Source: Myxococcota bacterium (GTDB taxonomy: Bacteria > Myxococcota_A > Polyangia > Nannocystales > Nannocystaceae). Taken from it: a DNA stretch of 64,000 nucleotides. Both the position numbers and the translations under genes were made by a program. Positions 16,304 through 29,626 of the stretch are shown one piece after another. The notes under the pieces were generated by a model that worked only from the letters and a program-made list of their open reading frames with translations, made no database searches and was not told where the DNA came from. The DNA lies in the NCBI GenBank assembly GCA_039028615.1, contig JBCCHT010000012.1:96001-160000 (forward strand). Reading direction: 5' to 3'. Numbering within the stretch: position 1 is the first letter of the stretch; every line of letters starts with the position of its first letter.

Positions 16304-18424
16304 TCAGCCGGGGGAGAACGAGAAGGGGTAGGTGACCATCGCGCTTCCGCCCGACGACGGCTTGGGGAACTTCCAGCGCTTGACCGACTTGGCCACGCAG
16401 CGCCCGACGTTCGCGTCGCCGAGGGTGCTCTCGGTGACGGCCGCCGTGGGCACCGTGCCCCGAGGACCGATGGTGAACATCACCGCGACGCGACCGCGGA
16501 GGTTGGGGTCCTTGGCCAGCCCCTGGTTGTAGCAGTGACGCACCTCGTTGTGATGGTTGCGAACGATCCGGCGGATGATGTCCTTGTCGATGACACCGCT
16601 GATCTTGGCCTTGCCGCGACGGATCTTGGGGGCGCGCTTGGTCTTGCCACCAAACCCGATGCCGCTGCCTCGACCGTAGCCGGCGAGCCCGCCACCGCCA
16701 CCACCGCGACCGATGGTGCCGACCTGGCCCAAGCCGATGGTGCCTTCACCGTTGCCACCGCCACCGCGGCCCGTGCCGATGACTCCCATCCCGCCGACGC
16801 CGAACGCCGTGCCGACTTCGGTGCCCGTGAGGCCACCCCAGATGTCGTCTTCGTCGTTACCCGAGGCGATCGAGCCATAGGGCGACGCGATGAAGTGGCC
16901 GCTGTTGCTCTCCATCATGCCCAGGATGCCCGCCTGTCGAGCGGCCATCTCGGGGTCGAAGTCCCGGGCCATGGTGGGCATGGCGTTCTTGGGACCCTTG
17001 ATGGCGTACAGACCGGACTTGGTCTCGGCCGAGGGCTTGCCCATCTTGCCTTCGTCACCCGCGTGGCGCTTGCCTTCGCCGCCCTTGTCGTCGGCGACCT
17101 CGGTGGGCACGATTTCCTCTTCGGGCTCGGGCTCGGGCGTGAGGTCGGGCTGGTTCATGTAGCCGACGTAGCGGTTCTCGGCGGTGAGCTCGTCGACGCT
17201 CATCGACAGCGCGTCCTCGGGGATGAGGTGCACCAGCGCGAGCAAGCCGCCCAACACGCCGAAGGACGCCGCGTTGTAGGCCCAGAAGGGCTTGTCGGTC
17301 TCGCTACGCCCCGCCATCGCGCGCCCCTTGGGCACCGACGAGATCTGGTAGCTGACGCCCGCGTGCTCGACTCGAGCCTTGGCTCCGCTGGGCAGCGGGA
17401 AGGCATACGACGAGCCCGCCATGCCCGCCCGACCCGAGCTCGCGAGCTCGGCCAGGTCCATGCGCTGACCACCGATGGTGACCTCGCCCTTCATCTCGGG
17501 AGTGAAGCGCAGCAGGTAGTCGTCGCCGTGACGGCTCACCAGGGCAAAGGCCTCGTCGCTGCCCGGCAGGCCCTCGGTGGGCACATGGAAGGTGGCGTCG
17601 TGGGTCTCGCCCAGCGTGTACTTCTCGAGGCCGACGTCGTCGCGACGCGCCATGCCGAGGCCGAAGGGCACCAAGCCGAGCAGCGCCAGGCCGATGCCGA
17701 GCCCGCCGAGCCCGGTGCCGGGAGCCTCGGGCGCAGCCCGACCGAGCGTCGCCGCTTCGTCGCGCGCCGCCTGGTACGACTCCCAGTCCTGGTTGACCTC
17801 GTTGGCCAGCACGCCCGCGCCGGCCAGCAACATCATCGCACCCACGGCAAACATCGCGGGAGCCTGCCGACGGCGGTTGCGAACCTGGCCGACGTGCCGC
17901 ACGTCGAGCACGGTGCCGCCGTAGCTCGCGATGACCTCGGCCACGTGGTGCTCGGAGTCCTCGACCTCATCCAAGGAGACGGGCAAGGTCGCACGCGGAG
18001 CCACCGTGGTCGGAGGCGCGGCCGCAGGCATGGCGGGCGCCGCTGCGATCGACGACATCTCGACCCGAGGCGCCGCGGTGGCACCGAAGGGTGCCTGCGC
18101 CGCCGTCATCACCGTGGCCGCGGGACCGATCGACTTCACCTCGAGGCGATAGGGACCCACCGTGAGGCTGTCACCCACGCTCATGGCCGCGCTCTTCTCG
18201 ACGCGCCGCCCGTTGATGGAAGTCCCGGTGGCGCTGCCCAAGTCGACGAGGCGAAGGTCGGAGTCGGTCACTTCGAGCACGGCGTGCATTCGCGCCACCG
18301 AGTCGTCTTCGAGGAACAAGTCGCTGCTGCGGAGCTTGCCGATCTTGATGACGTCACGGGTCAGAGAGGTGCTGCCTACCAGCTGCTCGTTCTTGAAAAT
18401 CTCGAGGTCGATCGTGCGGGACAT
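16304..18424 (-). CDS. FHA + TM + TonB-C-like (AgmX/PglI C-terminal) protein, GltG-like gliding-motility family paralog
   Basis: N-terminal FHA (IKIGK...VARMHAVL...DLGSATGTSING); Gly-rich linker; C-terminal IRRIVR...VRHCYNQGL...GRVAVMFTI...FPKP...VTYPF. Confidence 0.8.
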   Translation of the reverse strand: MSRTIDLEIFKNEQLVGSTSLTRDVIKIGKLRSSDLFLEDDSVARMHAVLEVTDSDLRLVDLGSATGTSINGRRVEKSAAMSVGDSLTVGPYRLEVKSIGPAATVMTAAQAPFGATAAPRVEMSSIAAAPAMPAAAPPTTVAPRATLPVSLDEVEDSEHHVAEVIASYGGTVLDVRHVGQVRNRRRQAPAMFAVGAMMLLAGAGVLANEVNQDWESYQAARDEAATLGRAAPEAPGTGLGGLGIGLALLGLVPFGLGMARRDDVGLEKYTLGETHDATFHVPTEGLPGSDEAFALVSRHGDDYLLRFTPEMKGEVTIGGQRMDLAELASSGRAGMAGSSYAFPLPSGAKARVEHAGVSYQISSVPKGRAMAGRSETDKPFWAYNAASFGVLGGLLALVHLIPEDALSMSVDELTAENRYVGYMNQPDLTPEPEPEEEIVPTEVADDKGGEGKRHAGDEGKMGKPSAETKSGLYAIKGPKNAMPTMARDFDPEMAARQAGILGMMESNSGHFIASPYGSIASGNDEDDIWGGLTGTEVGTAFGVGGMGVIGTGRGGGGNGEGTIGLGQVGTIGRGGGGGGLAGYGRGSGIGFGGKTKRAPKIRRGKAKISGVIDKDIIRRIVRNHHNEVRHCYNQGLAKDPNLRGRVAVMFTIGPRGTVPTAAVTESTLGDANVGRCVAKSVKRWKFPKPSSGGSAMVTYPFSFSPG

Positions 18425-18958
18425 GATGCGGGTCTTCCTTGCGGTGCTCGGTCGACATGACATCGACCTGCGCAATGGGTTCCGCCCAACGAGCGCGCGT
18501 CCTCGTCCGCATCGACAACCGCATGCAAACCCGGGCTGCGCTGCCGATTTTCGAGGCCGCGATCATTTTCGAAAATCAAGGCGGAACTTGTTCCGCCCTT
18601 CGTTGTCATACCGCAGCCAGCCCCCGTCTCGACGGCGCCCGTCGCCATCGACTCCGGCCGGCCAAATGGCTCTCAAAGCCTCGAATTCGCCCGATTCGGA
18701 GCGATCTCGACAAACCGGGAACACGGCCGAACGCCGACCTCTCGAGGGTCTGTCGATGTCGCACCCGCGACCAACGCTGGAGCGAACGAAAAAAGACGCG
18801 ACGTCGTCGAACCCCGCGAGCGAGTTTCTGACACCCACGGGCTGGAGCTCACCGCGATGGCGAACACGCCGTCGCAACGAAGTCGCGAGCAGAAAGACAA
18901 CGACCCCCGATCGCTCACTGCGACCGGGGGTCCATGGATTCGAAGCGAAGCGTCGCGA

Positions 18959-20035
18959 TCAGGCAGCGCGCTCTTTGTCGAGCCCGCTGAGGATGGCGTC
19001 GGTCATCGCGTCGGTGCCCAGCGAGCCTCCGATGTCCGCGGTCCGAGCCCCCGAGGCCAGCGCGGCATCGATGGCCGACTCGACCGCGGTGGCCTCCGCC
19101 TCGAGCCCCAAAGAGTGACGCAGCAACATGGCCAGGCTGGCGATGGTGCCCACCGGGTTGGCCACGCCCTTGCCCGCGATGTCTGGCGCCGAGCCATGAA
19201 TGGGCTCGTAGAGCCCGCGCTTGCCCGCCCCCAGCGAGGCGCTCGGCAACAGACCCAGCGAACCCGAGAGCACGGAGGCCTCGTCGGTCAGGATGTCCCC
19301 GAACATGTTCTCGGTGACCATCACGTCGAAGTCGGCGGGGCTGGTCACCAGCCGCATGGCGGTGGCGTCGACCAGCTGGTGCTCCATCTCGACCTTTGGG
19401 AAGTCGCGGTGGACCTCGGTGGCCACTTGCCGCCACAGCCGCGACGACTCGAGCACGTTGGCCTTGTCGACCGAGGTGACCTTGCCGCGGCGACCGCCCG
19501 CGAGCTCACACGCCAAGCGAACGACCCGCTGGATCTCCACGTCGGTGTACTCGAGCGTGTCGACGGCTCGGGTCACGCCTTCTTCCCAGGTACGGAAGCG
19601 AGGCTGGCCGAAGTAGAGGCCTCCGGTCAGCTCGCGCACGACGAGCAGGTCCACGCCTTCGAGGCGCTCGGGACGGAGCGGCGAGGCACCGACCAGGCTG
19701 GGCCGCACCTTCACCGGTCGGAGGTTGGCGTACAGCTCGAGGCCCTTGCGTAGCCCGAGCAGCCCTTGCTCCGGCCGAACCTTGGCCGCCGGGTCATCCC
19801 ACTTGGGACCGCCCACCGCCCCCAACAAAATGGCGTCGGCCTCGGCACATGCGGCCAGGGTTGGCTCGGGCAGTGGTTGCCCGGTGGCGTCGATCGCCGC
19901 CCCGCCGATGATCTGGGTGCTGCAGTCGAAGCGGTGACCGAAGCGAGAGCCGATGGCATCGAGGACACGGCGGGCCGCGGCCACGATCTCGGGACCGATG
20001 CCATCGCCGGGTAGCAGTACGAGTGAAAAATTCAT
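18959..20035 (-). CDS. leuB: 3-isopropylmalate dehydrogenase
   Basis: [32 protein letters not shown] and [12 protein letters not shown] motifs. Confidence 0.97.
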   Translation of the reverse strand: MNFSLVLLPGDGIGPEIVAAARRVLDAIGSRFGHRFDCSTQIIGGAAIDATGQPLPEPTLAACAEADAILLGAVGGPKWDDPAAKVRPEQGLLGLRKGLELYANLRPVKVRPSLVGASPLRPERLEGVDLLVVRELTGGLYFGQPRFRTWEEGVTRAVDTLEYTDVEIQRVVRLACELAGGRRGKVTSVDKANVLESSRLWRQVATEVHRDFPKVEMEHQLVDATAMRLVTSPADFDVMVTENMFGDILTDEASVLSGSLGLLPSASLGAGKRGLYEPIHGSAPDIAGKGVANPVGTIASLAMLLRHSLGLEAEATAVESAIDAALASGARTADIGGSLGTDAMTDAILSGLDKERAA

Positions 20036-20047
20036 GGGAGTCTCCGC

Positions 20048-20677
20048 TCAGGGAGCGGCCGTAGCCGGGATCTCGGTGAGGGTGGAAAAGGGCGCGCTGC
20101 GTTGCTCGTGGGCGATCACGGCGTCTTGGAAGCGCTGTAGATACCCCAGCTCGTCGAGTCCTTCGAGCAGGCACCGTTGCGCAAACGCATCGAGCTCGAA
20201 GCGCGCGGTGGGGCCGCCCGGGACGTGCAGGAAGCGCTCGGCGACGTCGACCTCGAGCTGCGTCTCGGGCTCCTGCTCGAGATGCGCCACGAGGGCACGG
20301 TGCAGCGCGGGGTCGAGCGCGACGGGCAGCAGGCCGTTCTTGAGCGCGTTGTTGCGGAAGATGTCGGCGAACGACAGCGCCACCACCACGCGAATGCCCC
20401 AGTCCACGAGCGCCCAGGGAGCATGCTCGCGCGAGGACCCACAGCCGAAGTTGCGACCCGCCACCAGGATGCTGCGCCCCTGGGACGCGGGTTGGTTGAG
20501 CACGAAGTCGGGCCGCGGCTCGCCTTGCTTGTCGTAGCGCCAGTCGTTGAAGAGCTGACGACCCAGCCCCTTCTTGACCGTCGTGGTCAAGAAGCGAGCG
20601 GGGATGATCTGGTCGGTATCGACGTCGTCGGCGTCCAGGACGATGGCGGCCGAGCGAAGATCTCGAAAGGGTTTCAT
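20048..20677 (-). CDS. leuD: 3-isopropylmalate dehydratase small subunit
   Basis: VDTDQIIPARFL, NFGCGSSREHAPWAL and SFADIFRNN motifs. Confidence 0.97.
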   Translation of the reverse strand: MKPFRDLRSAAIVLDADDVDTDQIIPARFLTTTVKKGLGRQLFNDWRYDKQGEPRPDFVLNQPASQGRSILVAGRNFGCGSSREHAPWALVDWGIRVVVALSFADIFRNNALKNGLLPVALDPALHRALVAHLEQEPETQLEVDVAERFLHVPGGPTARFELDAFAQRCLLEGLDELGYLQRFQDAVIAHEQRSAPFSTLTEIPATAAP

Positions 20678-20690
20678 CGGTGTGTTCCTG

Positions 20691-22087
20691 TCAAAGGAGG
20701 GCTCGTACGTCGGCGACGCAGCCCGAGACGGCCGAGGCGGCCGCGGTCAAGGGAGACGCGAGGAAGGTGCGCCCACCCGGGCCTTGGCGGCCCTCGAAGT
20801 TGCGGTTGCTGGTGCTCACGGCGTACTGGCCCGGCCGCAGCCGGTCGCCGTTCATCGCGATGCACATCGAGCATCCAGGGCTGCGCCACTCGGCGCCGGC
20901 GTCGGTGAAGATTCGATCGAGCCCCTCGGCTTCGGCTTCGGCCTTCACCGCGGCCGAGCCGGGTACGACGATGGCCTGCACGCCGGGGTTGACCCGGCGC
21001 CCCCGCATGACGGTGGCCGCCTCGCGCAGGTCGGAGATCCGCGCGTTGGTGCACGAACCGATGAACACCACCTCGATGGGCTTGCCGAGGATCGGCCGGC
21101 CCGGCTCAAGATCCATGTAGCGCAGCGCCTTGTCGAGGGCCTCGCGCTGGGCGGTGTCGTCGGCGTCGGTGGGCTGCGGCACGGCGGCGGTGACCGGGAT
21201 GCCCATGCCGGGGTGGGTGCCGTAGGTGATCATCGGCTCGAGCGCGGAGACGTCGAGCGAGATGCTGCGATCGTAGCGAGCCCCCTCGTCGGTGGGCAGC
21301 GCGCGCCAGCGCTCGAGCGCCGCGTCCCACTGCTCGCCCTTGGGCGCGAAGGGCCGCCCCGCGAGGTACTCGAAGGTGGTGTCGTCGGGCGCCACCATGC
21401 CCGCACGCGCCCCCGCCTCGATCGACATGTTGGCGATCGTCATGCGGGACTCCATGGACAGCGACGAGATGCCCGCGCCGCGATACTCGATGACGTGACC
21501 GGTGCCCACGCCGACGCCGTGCCGCGCGATCAGGGCGAGGATGATGTCCTTGGCCCCGACGCCGGAGGGCACCGTGCCCTCGAGGCGGACCTCGAGCGAC
21601 TTGGGCTTGCGCTGCAGCAAGCTCTGCGTGGCGAGCACGTGCTCGACCTCGCTGGTGCCGATGCCGAAGGCCAGCGCACCGAAGGCCCCGTGGGTCGCGG
21701 TGTGGCTGTCACCGCACACGATGGTCATGCCCGGCTGGGTCAGCCCCAGCTCGGGGCCGATGACGTGCACGATGCCGTTGTGGTCGGAGCCCATGCCAAA
21801 CAGGCGAATGCCGTGCTGGATGCAGTTGGCCTCGAGCTGCGTCAGCTGCCGCCACGCCGCGGGGGCCGGCTTGGCCTTGGCCGCGGTGGGCGTGGAGTGA
21901 TCCATGGTCGCGATGGTGCGATCGGGGCGACGCACGGGCAGGCCGCGGGCCTTGAGCCCGGCGAAGGCCTGTGGCGAGGTCACCTCGTGGATCAGGTGCA
22001 GGTCGACGTACAGCACACTGGGGCACTGCTCTTCGGTGGCGACGACGTGGTCGTCCCAGACCTTTTCGAACAGGGTGCGGGGGGCGT

Positions 22088-22091
<4 letters not shown>
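20691..22091 (-). CDS. leuC: 3-isopropylmalate dehydratase large subunit
   Basis: [25 protein letters not shown] and [12 protein letters not shown] motifs. Confidence 0.97.
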
Positions 22092-23313
<1,222 letters not shown>

Positions 23314-23320
<7 letters not shown>

Positions 23321-23595
23321 GCTACTGGCTCCGGCGCTCGTACCTTGGGTACCGACTCGGCGGGGGCGAACACGTCGCGCACCTCGTGAAGCTTGCGAAG
23401 ATGACGCTTGAGCACTTGCACGGAGCGAGGCATGCCCTTCGTCTCCACGTTCAGTGCGACATTGAGCGTTCCTGCCTCGCGACCCGGACGGGTGGCGATG
23501 CCCAGGGGCATGAAGCCCCGGCGCTCAATGAGCCCCAGCATTCGCACGAGGGCGCCTTCACGGAGATCGACCACGATTTCAATGGTGTGGGACAT
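23314..23595 (-). CDS. ilvM: acetolactate synthase small subunit, IlvM-like single ACT domain
   Basis: 93 aa, [16 protein letters not shown]...L.KL.EV pattern, directly after the large subunit. Confidence 0.75.
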
Positions 23596-23657
23596 GGCTT
23601 GTTTCGCTTTCGCTGTTCGTCGCTGCGTTCAAAGAGGAAGAAGAAAAATGGATGAGC

Positions 23658-25307
23658 TCAGGCGCCGTCGAGCATGACGGCGTTGGAGGCCCCGGGCGGC
23701 ACCAAGGGCCAGACCTGGGCAGTAGAGTCGATGCGCACGTGGGCCAGCACGGGGCCCTCGGTGGCGAAGAGACGCTCGATCGCATCGGGGACCTCGTCCG
23801 CCGTATCGACGGCGAAGGCCTCGATGCCCATCGATCGGGCGACCGCGGCGAAGTCCGGGTTGTCGGACAGGTCGACTTCGCTGCGGCGTTGGTCGTGGAA
23901 CAGGTCCTGCCACTGGCGCACGAGCCCCAGCATGGAGTTGTCGAGCAGGACGATCTTGATGGGCAGGTCGTAGCGCCGCATCGTGACCAACTCCTGGATG
24001 TTGATCATGATCGAGCCGTCGCCGGACACCGCCACGACCGCGGCATCCGGGCACGCGAGCTGAGCCCCGATGGCCGCGGGCAAGCCGTAGCCCATCGCCC
24101 CGAGCCCCGAGGAGCTCAGGTGCCGTGCGGGGTGATCGATGCGGCAGTGCTGCGCCGCCCACATCTGGTGCTGCCCCACGTCGCAAGTGACGATGAGGTC
24201 GTCGCCGCCCGCCATCGAGATCTCGCGGAGCAGGCGAGGGGCATGGATCGCGGGCCCGGGCGCGTCGTAGTGCACGCGGTGGGTCTGCTTGAGATCCTGG
24301 CAGTAACCCTGCCAACCCTCGATGTCCCCCGGCGACCCGAGCCGAGGCAAGGACGAGCGTAGGTCCCCCAGCACCGCCGCCTGGGCCTTGCGCAGCTTGC
24401 CGATCTCCGCCGCGTCGACGTCGAGGTGAATGACCGCGGCATCGGGCGCGAAGCCCTTGAGGTTGCCCGTCGCTCGGTCGTCGAAGCGTGCCCCCACGCA
24501 GATCAGCAGGTCACTGCCCTGCACCGCGAGGTTGGCCGCCTTGGTCCCGTGCATGCCCAGCATGCCCAGAAACTGCGGATGCTCGGTGGGCAAGGCGCCC
24601 AGCCCCTTGAGCGTGCCCACGGTGGGGATCCCCGTCCGCTCCGCGAAGTCCCGCAGCGGCTCGATCGCCCGGCCCAGGACGACCCCGCCACCGACGTAGA
24701 GCACCGGTCGCCGTGCCGCGGCCAGCAGCTCGTTGGCCTTGGCGATGGCCTCGGCCGTGGGCGCGGGCGGATCGACCGGCTCGGCCGAGAGCGCGGTCGG
24801 CCGAACCGTGACCTCGGCATTGGCCACGTCCTTGGGCAGGTCGATCAGCACCGGGCCGGGGCGACCGCTGGCCGCGATCTGGAAGGCCTCGGTGACGATG
24901 CGAGGGATGTCGTCGGCGTCGCGCACCAGGAAGCTGTGCTTGACCACCGACATCGTCATTCCGAAGATGTCGACTTCCTGGAAGGCGTCGGTCCCCATGA
25001 CCGAGGTCGGCACCTGCCCCGTGATCACCACCATGGGCACCGAGTCGATGTACGCGTTGGCGATCCCGGTGATGAGGTTGGTCGCCCCGGGTCCCGAGGT
25101 GGCGATGCAGACCCCCACCCGCCCGTTGGCGCGGGCGTAGGCATCGGCCGCGAAGGCCGAGGCCTGTTCGTGGCGGGTCAGGATATGCCGCAACGAGCTG
25201 TCCACCAGCGCGTCGTAGACCGGCAAGATGGCGCCCCCCGGGTACCCGAAGACCAGGTCCACGCCGAGCGCTTCGAGGGTCTCGATCAGTGCTCGTGCAC
25301 CGTTCAC
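23658..25307 (-). CDS. ilvG: acetolactate synthase large subunit (AHAS II / IlvG-like)
   Basis: [28 protein letters not shown] and ThDP motif GDGS...N; ends [14 protein letters not shown] start. Confidence 0.9.
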   Translation of the reverse strand: MNGARALIETLEALGVDLVFGYPGGAILPVYDALVDSSLRHILTRHEQASAFAADAYARANGRVGVCIATSGPGATNLITGIANAYIDSVPMVVITGQVPTSVMGTDAFQEVDIFGMTMSVVKHSFLVRDADDIPRIVTEAFQIAASGRPGPVLIDLPKDVANAEVTVRPTALSAEPVDPPAPTAEAIAKANELLAAARRPVLYVGGGVVLGRAIEPLRDFAERTGIPTVGTLKGLGALPTEHPQFLGMLGMHGTKAANLAVQGSDLLICVGARFDDRATGNLKGFAPDAAVIHLDVDAAEIGKLRKAQAAVLGDLRSSLPRLGSPGDIEGWQGYCQDLKQTHRVHYDAPGPAIHAPRLLREISMAGGDDLIVTCDVGQHQMWAAQHCRIDHPARHLSSSGLGAMGYGLPAAIGAQLACPDAAVVAVSGDGSIMINIQELVTMRRYDLPIKIVLLDNSMLGLVRQWQDLFHDQRRSEVDLSDNPDFAAVARSMGIEAFAVDTADEVPDAIERLFATEGPVLAHVRIDSTAQVWPLVPPGASNAVMLDGA

Positions 25308-26317
25308 GAGGACCCCGGGGGTTGACGTTTATTCTCCAGCCAGGGCATCCGTGCGCGGAGTCGACGACCCACGTCCTCGATGGGGTGCTCGAGGTCTCGC
25401 GCCATCAGCCGGCGATAGCGAGGCCGGCCCGCTTGGTTCTCCAGGATCCACTCGCGGGCGAAGGTTCCGTTGCGGATCTCCTCGAGCACTTGGCCCATCT
25501 TCTGCTTGGCGTCGGCGTCCACCACCCGCGGGCCGCGGGTCAGATCGCCGTAGATGGCGGTCTCGCTGATGAACTCGTGCATCTTGCTCAGCCCGCCCTC
25601 GTGCAGCAGGTCGACGATGAGCTTGAGCTCGTGCAGGCACTCGAAGTAGGCGACCTCGGGTTGGTAACCGGCCTCGACCAGGGTCTCGAAGCCCCGCACC
25701 ACCAGCTCGCTGGCCCCGCCGCAGAGCACGGCTTGCTCACCGAACAGGTCGGTCTCGGTCTCCTCGGCGAAGGTGGTCTCGAGCACGCCCGCCCGGCCAC
25801 CACCGATGCCGCTGGCGTAGGCCAGCGCTCGCGCCCGACCGGAGCCCGTGGCGTCTTGCTCCACCGCGAACAGGCAGGGCACGCCGCGGCCTTCGGCGTA
25901 TTGGCGGCGCACCAGATCGCCGGGCCCCTTGGGCGCCACCAGCACCACGTCCACGTTGGGGGGCGGTTGGATCTGCCCGTAGTGCACGTTGAAGCCGTGG
26001 GCGAAGAGAATGGCCGCCCCTTCCTTGAGGTTGGGCTTGACCGAGTGCTCGAACACGGCCGGCTGGGCCATGTCGGGCACCAGCATCGCCACCAGGTCGG
26101 CCGAGGCCACCGCGTCGGCGGGGGTCATCAGATCCCAGCCGTCGGCGCCCGCCTTCTTCCACGAAGCCCCCTCGGGCCGCAGACCCACCACCGTATCGAC
26201 CCCCGAGTCGCGGAGGTTGAGCGCGTGTGCCCGCCCTTGGGATCCGTAGCCTACGACGGCTACTCGCTTGCCCTCGAGGGCAGAGTTGTCGACATCCTTA
26301 CCGGAGAACAGTTTCAT
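25304..26317 (-). CDS. ilvC: ketol-acid reductoisomerase (short class I)
   Basis: [27 protein letters not shown] and [16 protein letters not shown] motifs. Confidence 0.97.
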   Translation of the reverse strand: MKLFSGKDVDNSALEGKRVAVVGYGSQGRAHALNLRDSGVDTVVGLRPEGASWKKAGADGWDLMTPADAVASADLVAMLVPDMAQPAVFEHSVKPNLKEGAAILFAHGFNVHYGQIQPPPNVDVVLVAPKGPGDLVRRQYAEGRGVPCLFAVEQDATGSGRARALAYASGIGGGRAGVLETTFAEETETDLFGEQAVLCGGASELVVRGFETLVEAGYQPEVAYFECLHELKLIVDLLHEGGLSKMHEFISETAIYGDLTRGPRVVDADAKQKMGQVLEEIRNGTFAREWILENQAGRPRYRRLMARDLEHPIEDVGRRLRARMPWLENKRQPPGSS

Positions 26318-26324
26318 CTTCGCG

Positions 26325-27995
<1,671 letters not shown>

Positions 27996-28018
27996 GACCC
28001 CGTCTCCCCCGTGGTCGC

Positions 28019-28882
28019 TCACCAACCGGCGCAGGGCTCGAAGCGCGCTTCGAGCGTGTCCAGCACCGCTTGCCCCATTTGCCCCGCCGGAGCTCGCTTC
28101 GCCCCCGGCAGCACGTCGTCCACCGCCTGGCGGATCGACTCGGCCAGCCCGTAGCGCGCCGCGCTGTACTCGAGCAGCATCGCGGCCGAGCGCATGGCCG
28201 CGATGAGCTTGGCTCCCACGCCGTCGCTGTTCACCGCCGCGGGGGCGTACATCGCCCCGCCCTGCCCCAGCCACGCCAGCGGACCACTGCGGCGCGGCGG
28301 CTCCCCGTCGATGGCCAGGTCGGTGACCACCACGTCGAGATCCGCCGGGTGCCCCTCGAGCCGCCTGAACAGCTTGGAGGGGTTGTGGCTCTCGACGCAG
28401 ACCTTGGGGAAGCGCGGCGTCAGGTCGGCCAGCACCTCGGCCCAGATCTCCTCGCGCTGCGGCACGGGAGAGGCGGCGTAGGCCAGCGTCCGCTCGCGTC
28501 GCTCCGCGATATGAAAGGCTTGTTCCACCGTTCGACGCAGGCGCATCGGGGTGGCCCCGGGCGTGCCGCGGACCACCACGACGTCTTGCCCCGCCGCCTT
28601 CGGTTGGTGTTGCACCGTCGCAAACACCCCCAGCGACTCGCGCAGCGCGGAGAAGCGACGGGCCATCACCGGCTCCCAGCTGCCCAGCAAAACCGCGTCG
28701 GCGTGCAAGGCCGCCGCACAGACCGAGTCGGGCACGCGCCCGGTGGCATCGAGGTCGACGCTTCGCACCTCGAGGCCCAAGGGACCCGCATCGGCGGCCC
28801 AACGAAAGACCGAGATGGCTTCGTCCACGACCTCGGAATCGCGAGTCGCACAGTTGATTACGAGGATGTTTAGTGTCGTCAT
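28019..28882 (-). CDS. degenerate isocitrate/isopropylmalate-dehydrogenase-family protein (LeuB-like, catalytic motifs lost)
   Basis: Aligns by eye, end to end, with the LeuB at 18959-20035 ([34 protein letters not shown]). Intact 287-aa ORF with GGAG RBS. Confidence 0.75.
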   Translation of the reverse strand: MTTLNILVINCATRDSEVVDEAISVFRWAADAGPLGLEVRSVDLDATGRVPDSVCAAALHADAVLLGSWEPVMARRFSALRESLGVFATVQHQPKAAGQDVVVVRGTPGATPMRLRRTVEQAFHIAERRERTLAYAASPVPQREEIWAEVLADLTPRFPKVCVESHNPSKLFRRLEGHPADLDVVVTDLAIDGEPPRRSGPLAWLGQGGAMYAPAAVNSDGVGAKLIAAMRSAAMLLEYSAARYGLAESIRQAVDDVLPGAKRAPAGQMGQAVLDTLEARFEPCAGW

Positions 28883-29004
28883 CGGTGAATCACTCCGTGA
28901 AGAGGGCGCACGAGCCCCTTCGTGGCCGCGGTTCGTTCGAAACCGTGGCCGCGCCATCTCGGTGGCAGTACTTGCCTTGAGGAGCCAAAGCGCCTCAACG
29001 CATG

Positions 29005-29039
29005 AAAAAACCCCGCTCCGGGTCTCGGGCGGGGTCCTG
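29005..29039 (-). terminator. attenuator (intrinsic terminator) of the ilv-leu operon
   Basis: Minus strand reads CAGGA-CCCCGCCCG-AGACC-CGGAGCGGGG-TTTTTT: a GC stem followed by U6, upstream of the first operon gene. Confidence 0.85.
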
Positions 29040-29062
29040 TGTACCGTTTCCGGTGTTTTGGC

Positions 29063-29200
29063 TCAGGACCCCGTTGGCACTCCAATGATTAGAAGGACCA
29101 CAAGTAGAAGCTCGACTACCGAAACCACGCCCGCTACGACGACGAAGCGACCGAACTGGTTGCTCGTGGCGAAGGGCAGGCTGGGAAGAGCATCGACCAT
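29063..29200 (-). CDS. ilv/leu operon leader peptide (45 aa, MVDALPSLPFATSNQFGRFVVVAGVVSVVELLLVVLLIIGVPTGS)
   Basis: Translated by hand. 17 of 22 codons (residues 20-41) are Val/Leu/Ile, all five Leu there use rare CTT/CTA, and the stop codon lies in the antiterminator strand. Confidence 0.85.
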   Translation of the reverse strand: MVDALPSLPFATSNQFGRFVVVAGVVSVVELLLVVLLIIGVPTGS

Positions 29201-29211
29201 GCTTGATGGTC

Positions 29212-29240
29212 ACCATGAACGAGCGCTCAAATCCTGTCAA
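29212..29240 (-). promoter_or_regulatory. sigma70-type promoter of the ilv-leu leader
   Basis: TTGACA (29240-29235), 17-nt spacer, CATGGT (29217-29212); A/T tract upstream at about 29251-29260. Confidence 0.6.
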
Positions 29241-29626
29241 CGAGTGTCGCAATAAAAAACTGTATCGAAGAAGAAATAGCCATCGATGTTGGTGAGCGGC
29301 ACCTTTTGTTCGTGAATGGACCCCTTCCAATGGCTCTTTCCGCTTCGCGGAATGACTGGTTCGGAACGGAACCGAACGTGCCGAATTCATGCGCAGAAGG
29401 CTTCGCACGGCCAACTGGTGCTTTTTCCGACAATCCACGGGACAAATCTTCGGAAGCGAAAAAGCAGAAAACGATTCACGTTGGTTTGCCCAGACAGTCC
29501 AGTAAAAGAGACACCAAATCGTCACTCGAAGTCGCAGTGATTCGCGCTCATCGATTGATCGATCATCCAATGAAAAACGCCAGAGCATGTGCCCTGGCGT
29601 CTTCGTTTCGGCGTCCGATTCGGAGG

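Noticed and set aside
18476..18958. Long intergenic region as ncRNA, riboswitch or sigma54 promoter
   Set aside because: No recognisable RNA family, and the best -24/-12 candidate lacks the invariant GG.
23596..23657. Pyrimidine-rich (minus strand) ilvG-ilvM spacer as an internal terminator or sRNA
   Set aside because: No stable hairpin precedes the U-rich tract. It could be a processing site, but nothing supports that.
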